A DNA stretch of 64,000 nt from assembly GCA_002454815.1 (NCBI GenBank), contig DKJL01000010.1, forward strand, positions 348,617 to 412,616, in the 5' to 3' direction. This DNA is from Flavobacteriales bacterium UBA6693 (GTDB lineage: Bacteria; Bacteroidota; Bacteroidia; Flavobacteriales; Weeksellaceae). Under the pieces are notes generated by a model that had not been told where the DNA came from, ran no database searches, and saw nothing but the letters and a program-made list of their open reading frames with translations. The position numbers and the translations under genes were made by a program. Numbering within the stretch: position 1 is the first letter of the stretch; the number at the start of each line of letters is the position of its first letter. Positions 54,700-62,803 of the stretch are shown here, one piece after another.

Positions 54700-55062
54700 T
54701 TAAAGAATTGGGTTGTCTCCCTGACCTTTCAGTTCTTTCTCAATGCGTTCTACATCGTCCAAAGTAGTGTCAAGATAGAAATTCAGTTCCGGAATAATGC
54801 GCACCTGTTTGCCCATTTTTTTTCCAAGAAAATGACGGTATTGCGCTTTGTTTTCTTCGATTTCCGCCATTATTGACTTGCGGAATTCCGCCGGAAAGAT
54901 GCTCAGGTAGATCTTTGCAATGCTGAGGTCGGGGGTCACCTTCACATCCGAAACGGTGATCAGAAAATTCTGTTTGCTTTCCGACGCCTGCTGGCGAAAA
55001 AATTCTGCGAAATCTTCCTGTATAATTTGCGCGACTTTTCTTTGTCTGTTGCTTTCGTTCAT
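54700..55062 (-). CDS. rbfA: Ribosome-binding factor A
   Basis: 120 aa. The RQRKVAQIIQEDFAEFF...ITVSDVKVTPDLSIAKIYLS pattern is typical of RbfA. Confidence 0.85.
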   Translation of the reverse strand: MNESNRQRKVAQIIQEDFAEFFRQQASESKQNFLITVSDVKVTPDLSIAKIYLSIFPAEFRKSIMAEIEENKAQYRHFLGKKMGKQVRIIPELNFYLDTTLDDVERIEKELKGQGDNPIL

Positions 55063-55096
55063 GGCGCAAATTTACTATTTTTGTTTGAATTGATTT

Positions 55097-55235
55097 GGGC
55101 GTGCCCTTTTCCGCTCCGGCGTAAGGCCCGCGCAGAAAAGGTCGGTCTGCGTGCAGTCGCTTTTTCGGGCGGCGGTAAAGCCGCCGCCCGAAAAGAGCTC
55201 CAACAATGCACTCCGCCCTCACGCGAAAATGTGCT
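55097..55235. other. GC-rich structured intergenic element (candidate ncRNA or REP/MITE-like repeat)
   Basis: A ~140-nt GC-rich block sits in an otherwise AT-rich 355-nt divergent intergenic region. It has a perfect 14-bp hairpin at 55162-55194 (ttttcgggcggcgg/ccgccgcccgaaaa, loop taaag). A second hairpin at 55105-55141 has the outer stem ccttttc/gaaaagg. A 5-bp closing helix pairs gcgtg (55099-55103) with cacgc (55220-55224). Confidence 0.4.
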
Positions 55236-55417
55236 TTAATAGAAAATACCGTTCATCTTAGAATAGCCAAAGTATCATAGATGATCGCAATGCGTGGGAA
55301 CATCATTTTCAGGGTATTTAAATAAGACAGAAAAGCGCAAATAAAAGCAAAGCGAAAGTGCCGTAATACATTCTAGTCAATACAAACTTATCACATCGTA
55401 CCTTTTACATTAAAAAA

Positions 55418-55816
55418 ATGAAAATCGAACATCTCGGCATCGCCGTTAAATCACTCCAAAATTCAGACGAACTTTTTGCCAAATTGCTTGGTAAAGAGCA
55501 CTACAAGCAGGAAGCAGTGGAACGTGAAGGCGTCACCACCTCTTTTTATGAATTGGGAGATAGCAAAATCGAACTGCTGGAAGCCAGCAATACCGACAGC
55601 CCGATCGCTAAATTCCTCGATAAGCGCGGCGAAGGAATCCATCATATCGCTTTCGGTGTCGAAAATATTGAGCGGGAAATTGTCCGGTTAAAGGATGCGG
55701 GCTTCATTTTTATCTCGGAAGAGCCAAAAGACGGCGCTGATAATAAGCTCGTGGTATTTCTTCATCCCAAATCCACCAACGGCATTTTAGTCGAACTTTG
55801 TCAGGAAAAACCCTGA
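55418..55816 (+). CDS. mce: Methylmalonyl-CoA epimerase (VOC/glyoxalase fold)
   Basis: 132 aa. MKIEHLGIAV..., GEGIHHIAFGVENI and ..HPKSTNGILVELCQ are typical of MCE-type VOC proteins. Confidence 0.75.
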   Translation: MKIEHLGIAVKSLQNSDELFAKLLGKEHYKQEAVEREGVTTSFYELGDSKIELLEASNTDSPIAKFLDKRGEGIHHIAFGVENIEREIVRLKDAGFIFISEEPKDGADNKLVVFLHPKSTNGILVELCQEKP

Positions 55817-55823
55817 ATAAATT

Positions 55824-55852
55824 TTGAAATTTTCAAAAAAAGAGTATTTTTG
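55824..55852 (+). promoter_or_regulatory. Candidate Bacteroidota promoter (TTG-N18-TATTTTTG) for the tRNA gene
   Basis: TTG at 55824-55826 and TATTTTTG at 55845-55852. The tRNA 5' end lies 41 nt downstream. Confidence 0.45.
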
Positions 55853-55892
55853 CAAACCCAATTGAGACTTTTATTTCACCGAAATAAAGTTA

Positions 55893-55966
55893 GGCCCTAT
55901 AACTCAGCTGGTTAGAGTAGCTGACTCATAATCAGCAAGTCCTTGGTTCGAGCCCAAGTGGGGCCA
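55893..55966 (+). tRNA. tRNA with CAT anticodon (elongator tRNA-Met; tRNA-Ile2 not excluded)
   Basis: A 74-nt cloverleaf can be drawn by hand. Acceptor stem is GGCCCTA/TGGGGCC, D stem ACTC/GAGT, anticodon stem GCTGA/TCAGC with loop CTCATAA, and T stem CTTGG/CCAAG with loop TTCGAGC. The 1-72 pair is G-C, so it is not an initiator. CCA is not encoded. Confidence 0.85.
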
Positions 55967-55980
55967 CTAAATTGGAAACA

Positions 55981-56010
55981 AAGCACTTACAGAAATGGAA
56001 GTGCTTTTTT
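55981..56010 (+). terminator. Rho-independent terminator after the tRNA
   Basis: Stem agcactt(55982-55988)/aagtgct(55999-56005), followed by T6 at 56005-56010. Confidence 0.7.
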
Positions 56011-56202
56011 ATTGTCTTTTATTTAAAATATTTTAATGGACATGTTCACAGACCAAATTTCATCTGTTCATGGGCTTTTGTACCATTATTCTGCTGTCAT
56101 TCGTTCTGTTCTAACTCTAAAGTTTTGATTTTCAGCCCCACCAAAGGTTTTAAAATGTAAAGTTGGAATGCTTTTTGTGATCTCGCTGGAAAGGAAAAAA
56201 AG

Positions 56203-56490
56203 ATGAAAAACAAAGTACTTATTATCGATCACGAAAACCGCCCACTTTCGAAGGTGCGCAAATTTTTTACCGGCCGCGACTTCGAAATCATTAAACCAAA
56301 AGAAACGGACAGCGTTTTCACCATTTGCAAGTCGGAGGAACTCTCCGCAGTTATTGTGGATCCGGAGGTTTTCGGAAAAAGAAGTCTGAAGTTCATACAA
56401 AACTTAAGAGACCACATTCTGCCGGCTGAAGTGAAATTATTCAGTATTTCCAGTGATCAGAACAACGGCAGTGCGCAACTGGGTTTCTAA
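56203..56490 (+). CDS. Short receiver (CheY-like) domain-related ORF, probably degenerate
   Basis: 95 aa. KVLIIDHEN resembles the beta1 acidic pocket (DD/DE replaced by DH). SAVIVDPEV resembles the beta3 phospho-acceptor Asp strand. The ORF ends before the beta5 Lys region and has no output domain. Confidence 0.4.
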   Translation: MKNKVLIIDHENRPLSKVRKFFTGRDFEIIKPKETDSVFTICKSEELSAVIVDPEVFGKRSLKFIQNLRDHILPAEVKLFSISSDQNNGSAQLGF

Positions 56491-56546
56491 ACTTGCTTAA
56501 TCATTCGCGATGTAACAAACCCAATTTCAGCTGCAATTAAAGCTGC

Positions 56547-58670
56547 CTAGAGAATCATGGTGAGCTGAATACGTTTTCGCGCTTCATCTACTTCGAGTAC
56601 TTTTACCCTTACCTGTTGGTGGAGTTTCACCACTTCATTCACCTCCGCGACAAATCCCTCTTTCAGTTGGGAAATATGCACCAAGCCGCTTTCTTTTATT
56701 CCCAAATCTACGAAACAGCCAAAGGCCGTTATATTGTTCACAATACCTGGCAGAACCTTGCCGGTTTCTAAATCTCTGATACTTTTTACCGACGCGTCAA
56801 ACTCAAAAATTTTTGCTTTTTTTCTGGGATCCACACCCGGCTTTTTCAGTTCCTGTAAAATATCTTTTATTGCCAGAAGACCCACCATATCACTTACATA
56901 ATTTTGCGGTTTTATCTTATCTATTTCTTCACCATGTCCAATCAGTTCTTTTGTTTTTAAACCTGAGTCTGCGGCCATTTTCCCAACCGTGGGGTAGGCT
57001 TCCGGATGTACCGCCGAATTGTCCAGCGGATTTTTTCCGTTTGAAATCCTTATAAAAGCAGCTGCCTGCTGAAAAGCTTTTTCACCAAGTCGCGGCACTT
57101 TCTTCAGCTCTTTCCTGTCTTGAAAAAGTCCATTTTCCGCGCGGTACAGAACAATATTTTCTGCCAGTTTTTCACCGATACCGGAAACGTAGCTCAGAAC
57201 TTCTTTACTTGCGGTGTTCAGGTTAATTCCTACCATATTTACACATTTCATCACGGTATTGTCGAGTTCGGTCCTGAGTTCTGTCTGATCGACGTCGTGT
57301 TGGTATTGTCCCACGCCAATGGACTTTGCGTCGATTTTCACCAATTCGGCCAACGGATCTGCGAGGCGGCGGCCAATAGAAACAGCACCGCGAACCGTCA
57401 CATCGTAACCGGGAAATTCTTCACGTGCGACTTTGCTTGCGGAATATACGGAGGCGCCCGCCTCGGAAACAACGAAAACCTGCGGCGGCTTATCGAACGC
57501 GATTTTTTTAATAAAAAATTCAGTTTCGCGGCTGGCGGTTCCGTTTCCGATGGAGATCGCGTCGATGTGATACGCATTTACCATCGAGCGGATTTTTTTC
57601 ATTGCTGTTGCCGCTTCGTTTTGTGGAGCATGTGGATAGATGGTTTCATTGTGAAGCAGGTCGCCTTTTTCGTCGAGGCAGACTACTTTGCAACCGCTTC
57701 TAAAACCCGGATCAATTGCTAAAATTCGCTTCTCACCAAGCGGTGGGGCCAATAACAACTGCTGTAAATTATCAGAGAATATGGCAATCGCTTGTTGGTC
57801 AGCGTACTGTTTTGCATCACGCAGTACTTCTTTGGAAATTGCAGGTTCCAGCAGACGCCTGTAAGCTTCGTCGATAGCGAGACGCACTTGCTCTGCCGCG
57901 GCCGTATTGTTTTTAATTAATATTTTCGCCGGAATGGATAATGCTTCTTCTTTATCTACAATAATATTGGCTTTCACAAAACCCTCCGATTCCGCGCGCA
58001 GAATCGCCAGAAGGCGGTGCGAGGCAATTCTGTTCAGACTTTCCTGCCAATCAAAATACTGCGAATATTTTTGCGCTCCTTCCTCCTCTTTTTTTGCTTT
58101 AATTACTTTCGCTGTGATCACCGCGTTCCGCTTGTAGAAATTGCGCAGCTTTTGCCGAACCTGGAGATTTTCGCTAATCCATTCCGCTATAATATCTCTG
58201 GCACCCTGCAAAGCTTCGGCTTCATCGGAAACCATCCCTTTGTTATATTTTCTTGCTGAAGATGCAATATCACCTGAGTTCTGACTCATGATTATTTTGG
58301 CTAAAGGTTCCAGCCCGTTTTCCTTCGCCGTATCAGCTCGCGTTCTGCGGCTTTTCCTGAAAGGCAGATATAAATCTTCCAGCTCCTTCAGATCGAAAGA
58401 TTTTTCTAACTTTTGTTTAAATTCATCTGTCAGCAATTTCTGATCTGCCACCGACTTTAAAATTGATTCTTTGCGTTTTATAATTTCTTCGTAGTGCTTT
58501 TTTAGCTTAAAAATTTGTTCAATCTGCACTTCATCCAGACCTCCAGTTGCGTCTTTTCTGTAGCGCGCAATAAAAGGCACCGTGCATTCTTCCGACAGCA
58601 ATTTGAGCGTTGCGCTGATTTGGTTGTCATTAACAGCTAAATCTCTTTGAATAGAAACGGTCGGTGTCAT
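56547..58670 (-). CDS. tex: Tex family RNA-binding transcriptional accessory protein
   Basis: 707 aa. N-terminal TVPFIARYRKD, a YqgF-like centre (ILAIDPGFRSGCK), HhH motifs, and a C-terminal S1 domain (GKVLPGIVNNITAFGCFVDLG...GLVHISQL). Confidence 0.92.
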   Translation of the reverse strand: MTPTVSIQRDLAVNDNQISATLKLLSEECTVPFIARYRKDATGGLDEVQIEQIFKLKKHYEEIIKRKESILKSVADQKLLTDEFKQKLEKSFDLKELEDLYLPFRKSRRTRADTAKENGLEPLAKIIMSQNSGDIASSARKYNKGMVSDEAEALQGARDIIAEWISENLQVRQKLRNFYKRNAVITAKVIKAKKEEEGAQKYSQYFDWQESLNRIASHRLLAILRAESEGFVKANIIVDKEEALSIPAKILIKNNTAAAEQVRLAIDEAYRRLLEPAISKEVLRDAKQYADQQAIAIFSDNLQQLLLAPPLGEKRILAIDPGFRSGCKVVCLDEKGDLLHNETIYPHAPQNEAATAMKKIRSMVNAYHIDAISIGNGTASRETEFFIKKIAFDKPPQVFVVSEAGASVYSASKVAREEFPGYDVTVRGAVSIGRRLADPLAELVKIDAKSIGVGQYQHDVDQTELRTELDNTVMKCVNMVGINLNTASKEVLSYVSGIGEKLAENIVLYRAENGLFQDRKELKKVPRLGEKAFQQAAAFIRISNGKNPLDNSAVHPEAYPTVGKMAADSGLKTKELIGHGEEIDKIKPQNYVSDMVGLLAIKDILQELKKPGVDPRKKAKIFEFDASVKSIRDLETGKVLPGIVNNITAFGCFVDLGIKESGLVHISQLKEGFVAEVNEVVKLHQQVRVKVLEVDEARKRIQLTMIL

Positions 58671-58767
58671 CTGCTTTTTTTTGAAGCGCTAAAATAAGAA
58701 CTTATATGAACAAACTTGAGATCCTAATAGAACAATGAGTGAATAGAAAGCCAGGTTCCGTTTATTT

Positions 58768-58799
58768 AAAAAAAAAGCTGCAAGAAACTTGCAGCTTTA
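58768..58799 (-). terminator. Rho-independent terminator after the FKBP gene
   Basis: Perfect 9-bp stem agctgcaag(58776-58784)/cttgcagct(58788-58796) with loop aaa. On the minus strand it is followed by T9 (complement of A58768-58776... correction: A58768-58775 run). Confidence 0.8.
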
Positions 58800-58817
58800 A
58801 ATATAGAAAACGGAATA

Positions 58818-59318
58818 TCAGTGCTGACCCTGGCCGTCCGCACCGTGCGCATGCCCGTGTGCTAATTCTTCCTCGGTTGCCGGCCGCGTGGACACCACTT
58901 CGATATCGAAATGTAAAGTTTTCCCGGCCATCGGATGATTCAGGTCTACGGTTACTGCTTCCGGAGAAACCTCCAATACGATAGCGTTGACTTGGTTGCC
59001 CTCGGGATCCTGCAGCGGCAACATGGCACCAACAGGCGGCATGCCCGATTCTGCAAACATGTCTACCGGCAGCTGCACGCTGGCGTTATCTGCTTTTTCG
59101 CCGTAGCCTTCTTCCGGAGTTACCGTGAAAGAGCGTTGGTCGCCGGAACTAAGGCCCATCAGTTGGTCCTCAAATTTTGGCAGCATCAGGCCGGCACCAT
59201 ATAAAAAGGAGAAAGGATTTTCTGCCTCAGTTTTTTCAATAAAAGTTTTTTCGCCATTTTCTTCTACGGCGTTCAGGGTGTAATGAATCGTTACAACGTG
59301 ATTTTTGTCTATAGTCAT
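58818..59318 (-). CDS. slyD: FKBP-type peptidyl-prolyl cis-trans isomerase, SlyD-like, with His-rich tail
   Basis: VTIHYTL...FSFLYGAG.MLPKFEDQL.G is an FKBP core, with an insert-in-flap region. The C-terminus is AHGHAHGADGQGQH. Confidence 0.8.
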   Translation of the reverse strand: MTIDKNHVVTIHYTLNAVEENGEKTFIEKTEAENPFSFLYGAGLMLPKFEDQLMGLSSGDQRSFTVTPEEGYGEKADNASVQLPVDMFAESGMPPVGAMLPLQDPEGNQVNAIVLEVSPEAVTVDLNHPMAGKTLHFDIEVVSTRPATEEELAHGHAHGADGQGQH

Positions 59319-59471
59319 AAAGCTAAAATTAGAGGGATTCTGTCATCCCTTAGTGATAAATTTTATTCCGAAAAACTGCTTTTCCGGAATTTAATGAAGG
59401 GTAAAGGTACTGTTTTGAAATAAAACGGCTTTTTGGCGCACGCGATTTCACGTAAAATGTTGATTTAAATT

Positions 59472-61580
59472 TTAATCTGCGGTTAATTCAACTTGAAAAT
59501 TATCCGTACGTCTTAGAACTCCTTCGGAAAATCCTGCGTGATGTTCTGTGAAACCTTTCAGCTTGCCGGATTTTCCTTTGGTGATCACATCATGGATTTG
59601 TTTATCCGACAGTTTTTTCCCCAAGAAAACGATTGGCACTTTGAAACCGCACGTTTGATAAGCGACACATCCAATGGCAGTTTTGCCTTTTATCAATTGG
59701 TTTTCGTTGCATTTCGGGCAGGTTTCCCGTTCCCATACAATATTTGCCGACTTCTTTGGCGCTTTAGCTTTTACTTCCACTTTTATCTCTTCAGCCACAG
59801 CAATTACTTTGGGCTTTTCGTTAATTACTTTGCGTGTGAGCTCGGTAACCATAGCGATAAGTTCTTCTTTGAACTGGTTTGCTTCGTATTCGCCGCGCTC
59901 TATTTTGCGTAATTTAAGTTCCCATTCGCCGGTAAGTTCGGGGCTTTTCAAAACTTCATCTTCGATGGTATCGATGAGTTCCACGCCGGTAGAGGTGGCG
60001 AAAAGGTTCTTTTTTTTCCGTTCGATGTAATTGCGTTTGAACAGCATTTCAATGATGTTGGCGCGGGTGGAAGGTCGGCCGATCCCATTATTTTTCAGCA
60101 GTTCGCGCAGTTCTTCATCGTCCACCTGCTTTCCGGCGGTTTCCATGGCGCGCAGAAGAGTTGCTTCGGTATAAGGTTTTGGCGCTGTTGTCTTCCCCTG
60201 ATGAATGAGCGGTTTGTGTGGTCCTTCTTCTCCGGCCTTAAATTCGGGAATCAGCTGTTCGTCTTCCTTTTTATCGGTTTCTTCTTTTTTGTCTTTGATG
60301 TAAACTTCCCGCCAGCCCAATTCCAGGATCTCTTTACCCGTTGTCTTGAACGGAATTTTGCCCACGATACCTTCCACAAGTGTATTTGAAATTTTACATT
60401 CCGGATAAAAAACGGCAATAAAACGTCTTGCGACAAGATCGTAAATGAGTTTTTCCTCTCTGCTCAGATGTGATGAAGGTGAAATTTCAGTGGGAATAAT
60501 GGCGTGATGGTCGGTCACTTTCGTATCGTCGAAAACCGCTTTGGATTTCGGAATCGGTTGTGAAAGAACCGGCGCTGTAACTTCATCATAAATCCGCATA
60601 CTCTGCAAAATTCCCGGAATTTGAGGATGGAGGCTTTCTGATAAATAGGTCGTATCGACGCGAGGATAAGTTGTGTGTTTTTTTTCGTATAAACTTTGGA
60701 TATGCTTCAGCGTATTGTCGGCTGAAAAACCGAACTTGCGGTTTGCTTCCACTTGCAGCGCGGTCAGGTCAAAGAGACGCGGATTTTTTTCTTTACCTTC
60801 TTTAATTTCAAATGAAACAATTTTGAAAGGATGTTCTTTTAGATAAGCCAATCCTTTCTCAGCTTTATTTTTTGTTCTGAGCCGGTCGATCGAGGCGGTG
60901 AATGTTACCTCGCGATACTGGGTTTTCAGTTCCCAGTATTCTTCAACTTTAAAAGCGTCGATTTCTTTTTGCCTTTGTACCAACATGGCAAGTGTCGGTG
61001 TTTGTACGCGTCCAACGCTGAGCACGCTTTTATTTCCGCCGAATTTCCGGGTGAAGAGACGTGTAGCGTTGATGCCCAACAGCCAGTCGCCAATTGCACG
61101 TGCATTGCCGGCCAGATATAAGTTTTGATAATTTTCTGCAGGTTTCAGGTTTGCAAAACCTTCTTTTATTGCACTTTCTGTAAGCGAAGAAATCCACAGA
61201 CGTTTCATCGGTTTTCTGCATTTTGCCTTTTGCAGCACCCAACGCTGGATGAGCTCGCCTTCCTGCCCGGCATCACCGCAATTGATGACCTCGTCGCAGT
61301 TTGCCACCAGCTGTTCGATAACACGGAACTGTTTTTCGACACCGTTGTTAGGAATGAGCTTTATGCCAAAAGGTTCAGGAATAATCGGAAGATAAATGAG
61401 ATTCCACGATTTGAGATGCTCACCATAGTCGTGCGGTTCTTTAAGCGTACAAAGATGTCCAAACGTCCAGGTCACCCAATAGCCGTTCCCTTCGAAATAG
61501 CCCTGCTTCGGCATATCCGCGCCGAGAACTTTGGCAATATCGCGCGCGACGCTGGGTTTTTCAGCAATACATAATTTCAT
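59472..61580 (-). CDS. topB: DNA topoisomerase III (type IA)
   Basis: The ATG at 61580 gives MKLCIAEKPSVARDIA (Toprim). Also present are DAGQEGELI, the GRVQTPTLAM active-site region and a C-terminal CPKC...C..C zinc ribbon. The upstream 24 codons of the track ORF run into the M23 terminator. Confidence 0.88.
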   Translation of the reverse strand: MKLCIAEKPSVARDIAKVLGADMPKQGYFEGNGYWVTWTFGHLCTLKEPHDYGEHLKSWNLIYLPIIPEPFGIKLIPNNGVEKQFRVIEQLVANCDEVINCGDAGQEGELIQRWVLQKAKCRKPMKRLWISSLTESAIKEGFANLKPAENYQNLYLAGNARAIGDWLLGINATRLFTRKFGGNKSVLSVGRVQTPTLAMLVQRQKEIDAFKVEEYWELKTQYREVTFTASIDRLRTKNKAEKGLAYLKEHPFKIVSFEIKEGKEKNPRLFDLTALQVEANRKFGFSADNTLKHIQSLYEKKHTTYPRVDTTYLSESLHPQIPGILQSMRIYDEVTAPVLSQPIPKSKAVFDDTKVTDHHAIIPTEISPSSHLSREEKLIYDLVARRFIAVFYPECKISNTLVEGIVGKIPFKTTGKEILELGWREVYIKDKKEETDKKEDEQLIPEFKAGEEGPHKPLIHQGKTTAPKPYTEATLLRAMETAGKQVDDEELRELLKNNGIGRPSTRANIIEMLFKRNYIERKKKNLFATSTGVELIDTIEDEVLKSPELTGEWELKLRKIERGEYEANQFKEELIAMVTELTRKVINEKPKVIAVAEEIKVEVKAKAPKKSANIVWERETCPKCNENQLIKGKTAIGCVAYQTCGFKVPIVFLGKKLSDKQIHDVITKGKSGKLKGFTEHHAGFSEGVLRRTDNFQVELTAD

Positions 61581-61654
61581 ACTTCCACCTTCATTTCTAT
61601 AAAAGGCAAATTTCCGTATTTCTTTCTTAATAATACATCTTGCCGTTCTCAAAT

Positions 61655-61688
61655 AAAAAACGCTGCCGGAAAATTCAGCAGCGTTTTC
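61655..61688 (-). terminator. Rho-independent terminator after the M23 peptidase gene
   Basis: Stem aacgctgc(61659-61666)/gcagcgtt(61678-61685). On the minus strand it is followed by T6 (complement of A61655-61660). Confidence 0.7.
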
Positions 61689-61694
61689 TCTATG

Positions 61695-62585
61695 TTAGAA
61701 ATTCATAAAGAGTTTCGGGTTTACGGGTGTATTATTTTTATGCACTTCGTAATGAAGGTGTGGGCCGGTAGAGCGCCCCGTGTTTCCGGATTTTGCCACG
61801 ACCTGATTGACGGCCACCAGATCATTCGTTTTTACAAGTATTTGCGACAAATGTCCGTACAGTGTGTCGAGGCCGTTGCCATGCGAAATGATGACACAGT
61901 TTCCATAACCTCCTTTTACGCCGGCAAAAATTACTTTTCCGGCGGCAGCGCTGCGAACGTCTGATCCGTGTGCAACGGCGATGTCCAAACCTTTGTGAAA
62001 CTGAATCTGCTCTTTTTCCGCTGGGGGATTATTGTGTACCGGTGCTACGGCAGCAACACGTTTAATCACATTTCCGAGACTGTCCTTTTCCTCAACATAT
62101 TGAGGTGCCGTTTTTAAAGGTTTTGCTGAAGCCAACATCATTGTTTTTGGCGGAATCGGATTGATCCGCTTACCGAACAGGGAAGAAATGTATCCATCTG
62201 TCGGCATTCCCAGCGGTACCTGCTGAAGTTTCAGTTGCAGATCAGCCAAATATCGGCTGTAGCGGCGCGATTGTTTCGCAACATACACCGCATTCGAGAG
62301 ACTGTCCTGCACAAGCGTCTCGACTTTTGTATCGCTTAAGTTTTTGGTTGCCAGAAAACTGTTCAGTTCCCGCACGGTGCGGTCGACCAGCTGAAGGTCG
62401 TTTTTCATTGCCACATAATCGACGCTGTCCTGGTCCATTTTCACTGGCACCAGATTTACCTGATAAGTTTTATCATCTTTTTCGGCATAAAGTTTTCCAA
62501 TAAGCAAACCTTGAAGCACGATAACGACCACAAATGCAGCCATGATAAGTAAAGCGTTTTTTCGGTTGTTTAAAAAATGTTTCAT
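61695..62585 (-). CDS. M23 family metallopeptidase (LytM/peptidoglycan endopeptidase type)
   Basis: N-terminal TM/signal anchor and coiled region. The HxxxD motif (HKGLDIA) and HxH motif (GPHLHYEVH) are both present. Confidence 0.87.
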   Translation of the reverse strand: MKHFLNNRKNALLIMAAFVVVIVLQGLLIGKLYAEKDDKTYQVNLVPVKMDQDSVDYVAMKNDLQLVDRTVRELNSFLATKNLSDTKVETLVQDSLSNAVYVAKQSRRYSRYLADLQLKLQQVPLGMPTDGYISSLFGKRINPIPPKTMMLASAKPLKTAPQYVEEKDSLGNVIKRVAAVAPVHNNPPAEKEQIQFHKGLDIAVAHGSDVRSAAAGKVIFAGVKGGYGNCVIISHGNGLDTLYGHLSQILVKTNDLVAVNQVVAKSGNTGRSTGPHLHYEVHKNNTPVNPKLFMNF

Positions 62586-62746
62586 CTATTAAAATAGGGT
62601 TGTATTTTGTTTTAAAAAAGCCGGCGCAAATTTAAATAAAATATTTAAATAATTGAATTGCCATACGTTACCTGTTTTTGCAGAAAGTGATCTCCCGAAC
62701 GGACGCCGCACAGCGAAATCTTTCGATGCGATTGCAAAAGCTTTAA

Positions 62747-62754
62747 TACCTTTG
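62747..62754 (+). promoter_or_regulatory. Candidate -7 box (TACCTTTG) for gpsA
   Basis: Exact TAnnTTTG match 50-59 nt upstream of the in-frame ATGs at 62804 and 62813. Confidence 0.35.
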
Positions 62755-62803
62755 TGCAATTCAGCCACCCGTGAAACGTAAAACATGGCCAAAAATTTTA
62801 TGC

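Noticed and set aside
55162-55194. The 14-bp hairpin as an intrinsic terminator
   Set aside because: The T and A tracts are part of the stem, so no free 3' U-run follows on either strand. The site also lies between divergent gene starts, where no terminator is expected.
54770-55222. 150-aa minus-strand ORF overlapping rbfA out of frame and running into the GC-rich element (also the 70-aa plus ORF at 55027-55239)
   Set aside because: The open frames are a by-product of the GC-rich hairpin block. The products are Arg/Gly/Pro-rich and overlap a good rbfA gene. The region is better treated as a non-coding structured element.
55972-56160. 62-aa Cys-rich ORF just after the tRNA
   Set aside because: It starts inside the tRNA terminator hairpin. 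It has no promoter box or conservation cues, and it overlaps another equally weak antisense ORF (56086-56400).
57120-57722. 200-aa plus-strand ORF within tex
   Set aside because: It is antisense to the YqgF/HhH region of a clear Tex homologue. It has no motif.
60001-60020. Homopolymer runs (T8 in topB at about 60011-60018; A9/T8 tracts at 7636, 16420 and 58768) as phase-variation switches
   Set aside because: The coding T8 encodes an in-frame Lys run in a housekeeping gene. The other tracts are the U-tracts of terminators.
61581-61652. 24-codon N-terminal extension of topB in the ORF track
   Set aside because: The extension runs through the terminator hairpin of the upstream M23 gene. The Toprim N-terminus MKLCIAEKPS starts at the ATG at 61580.
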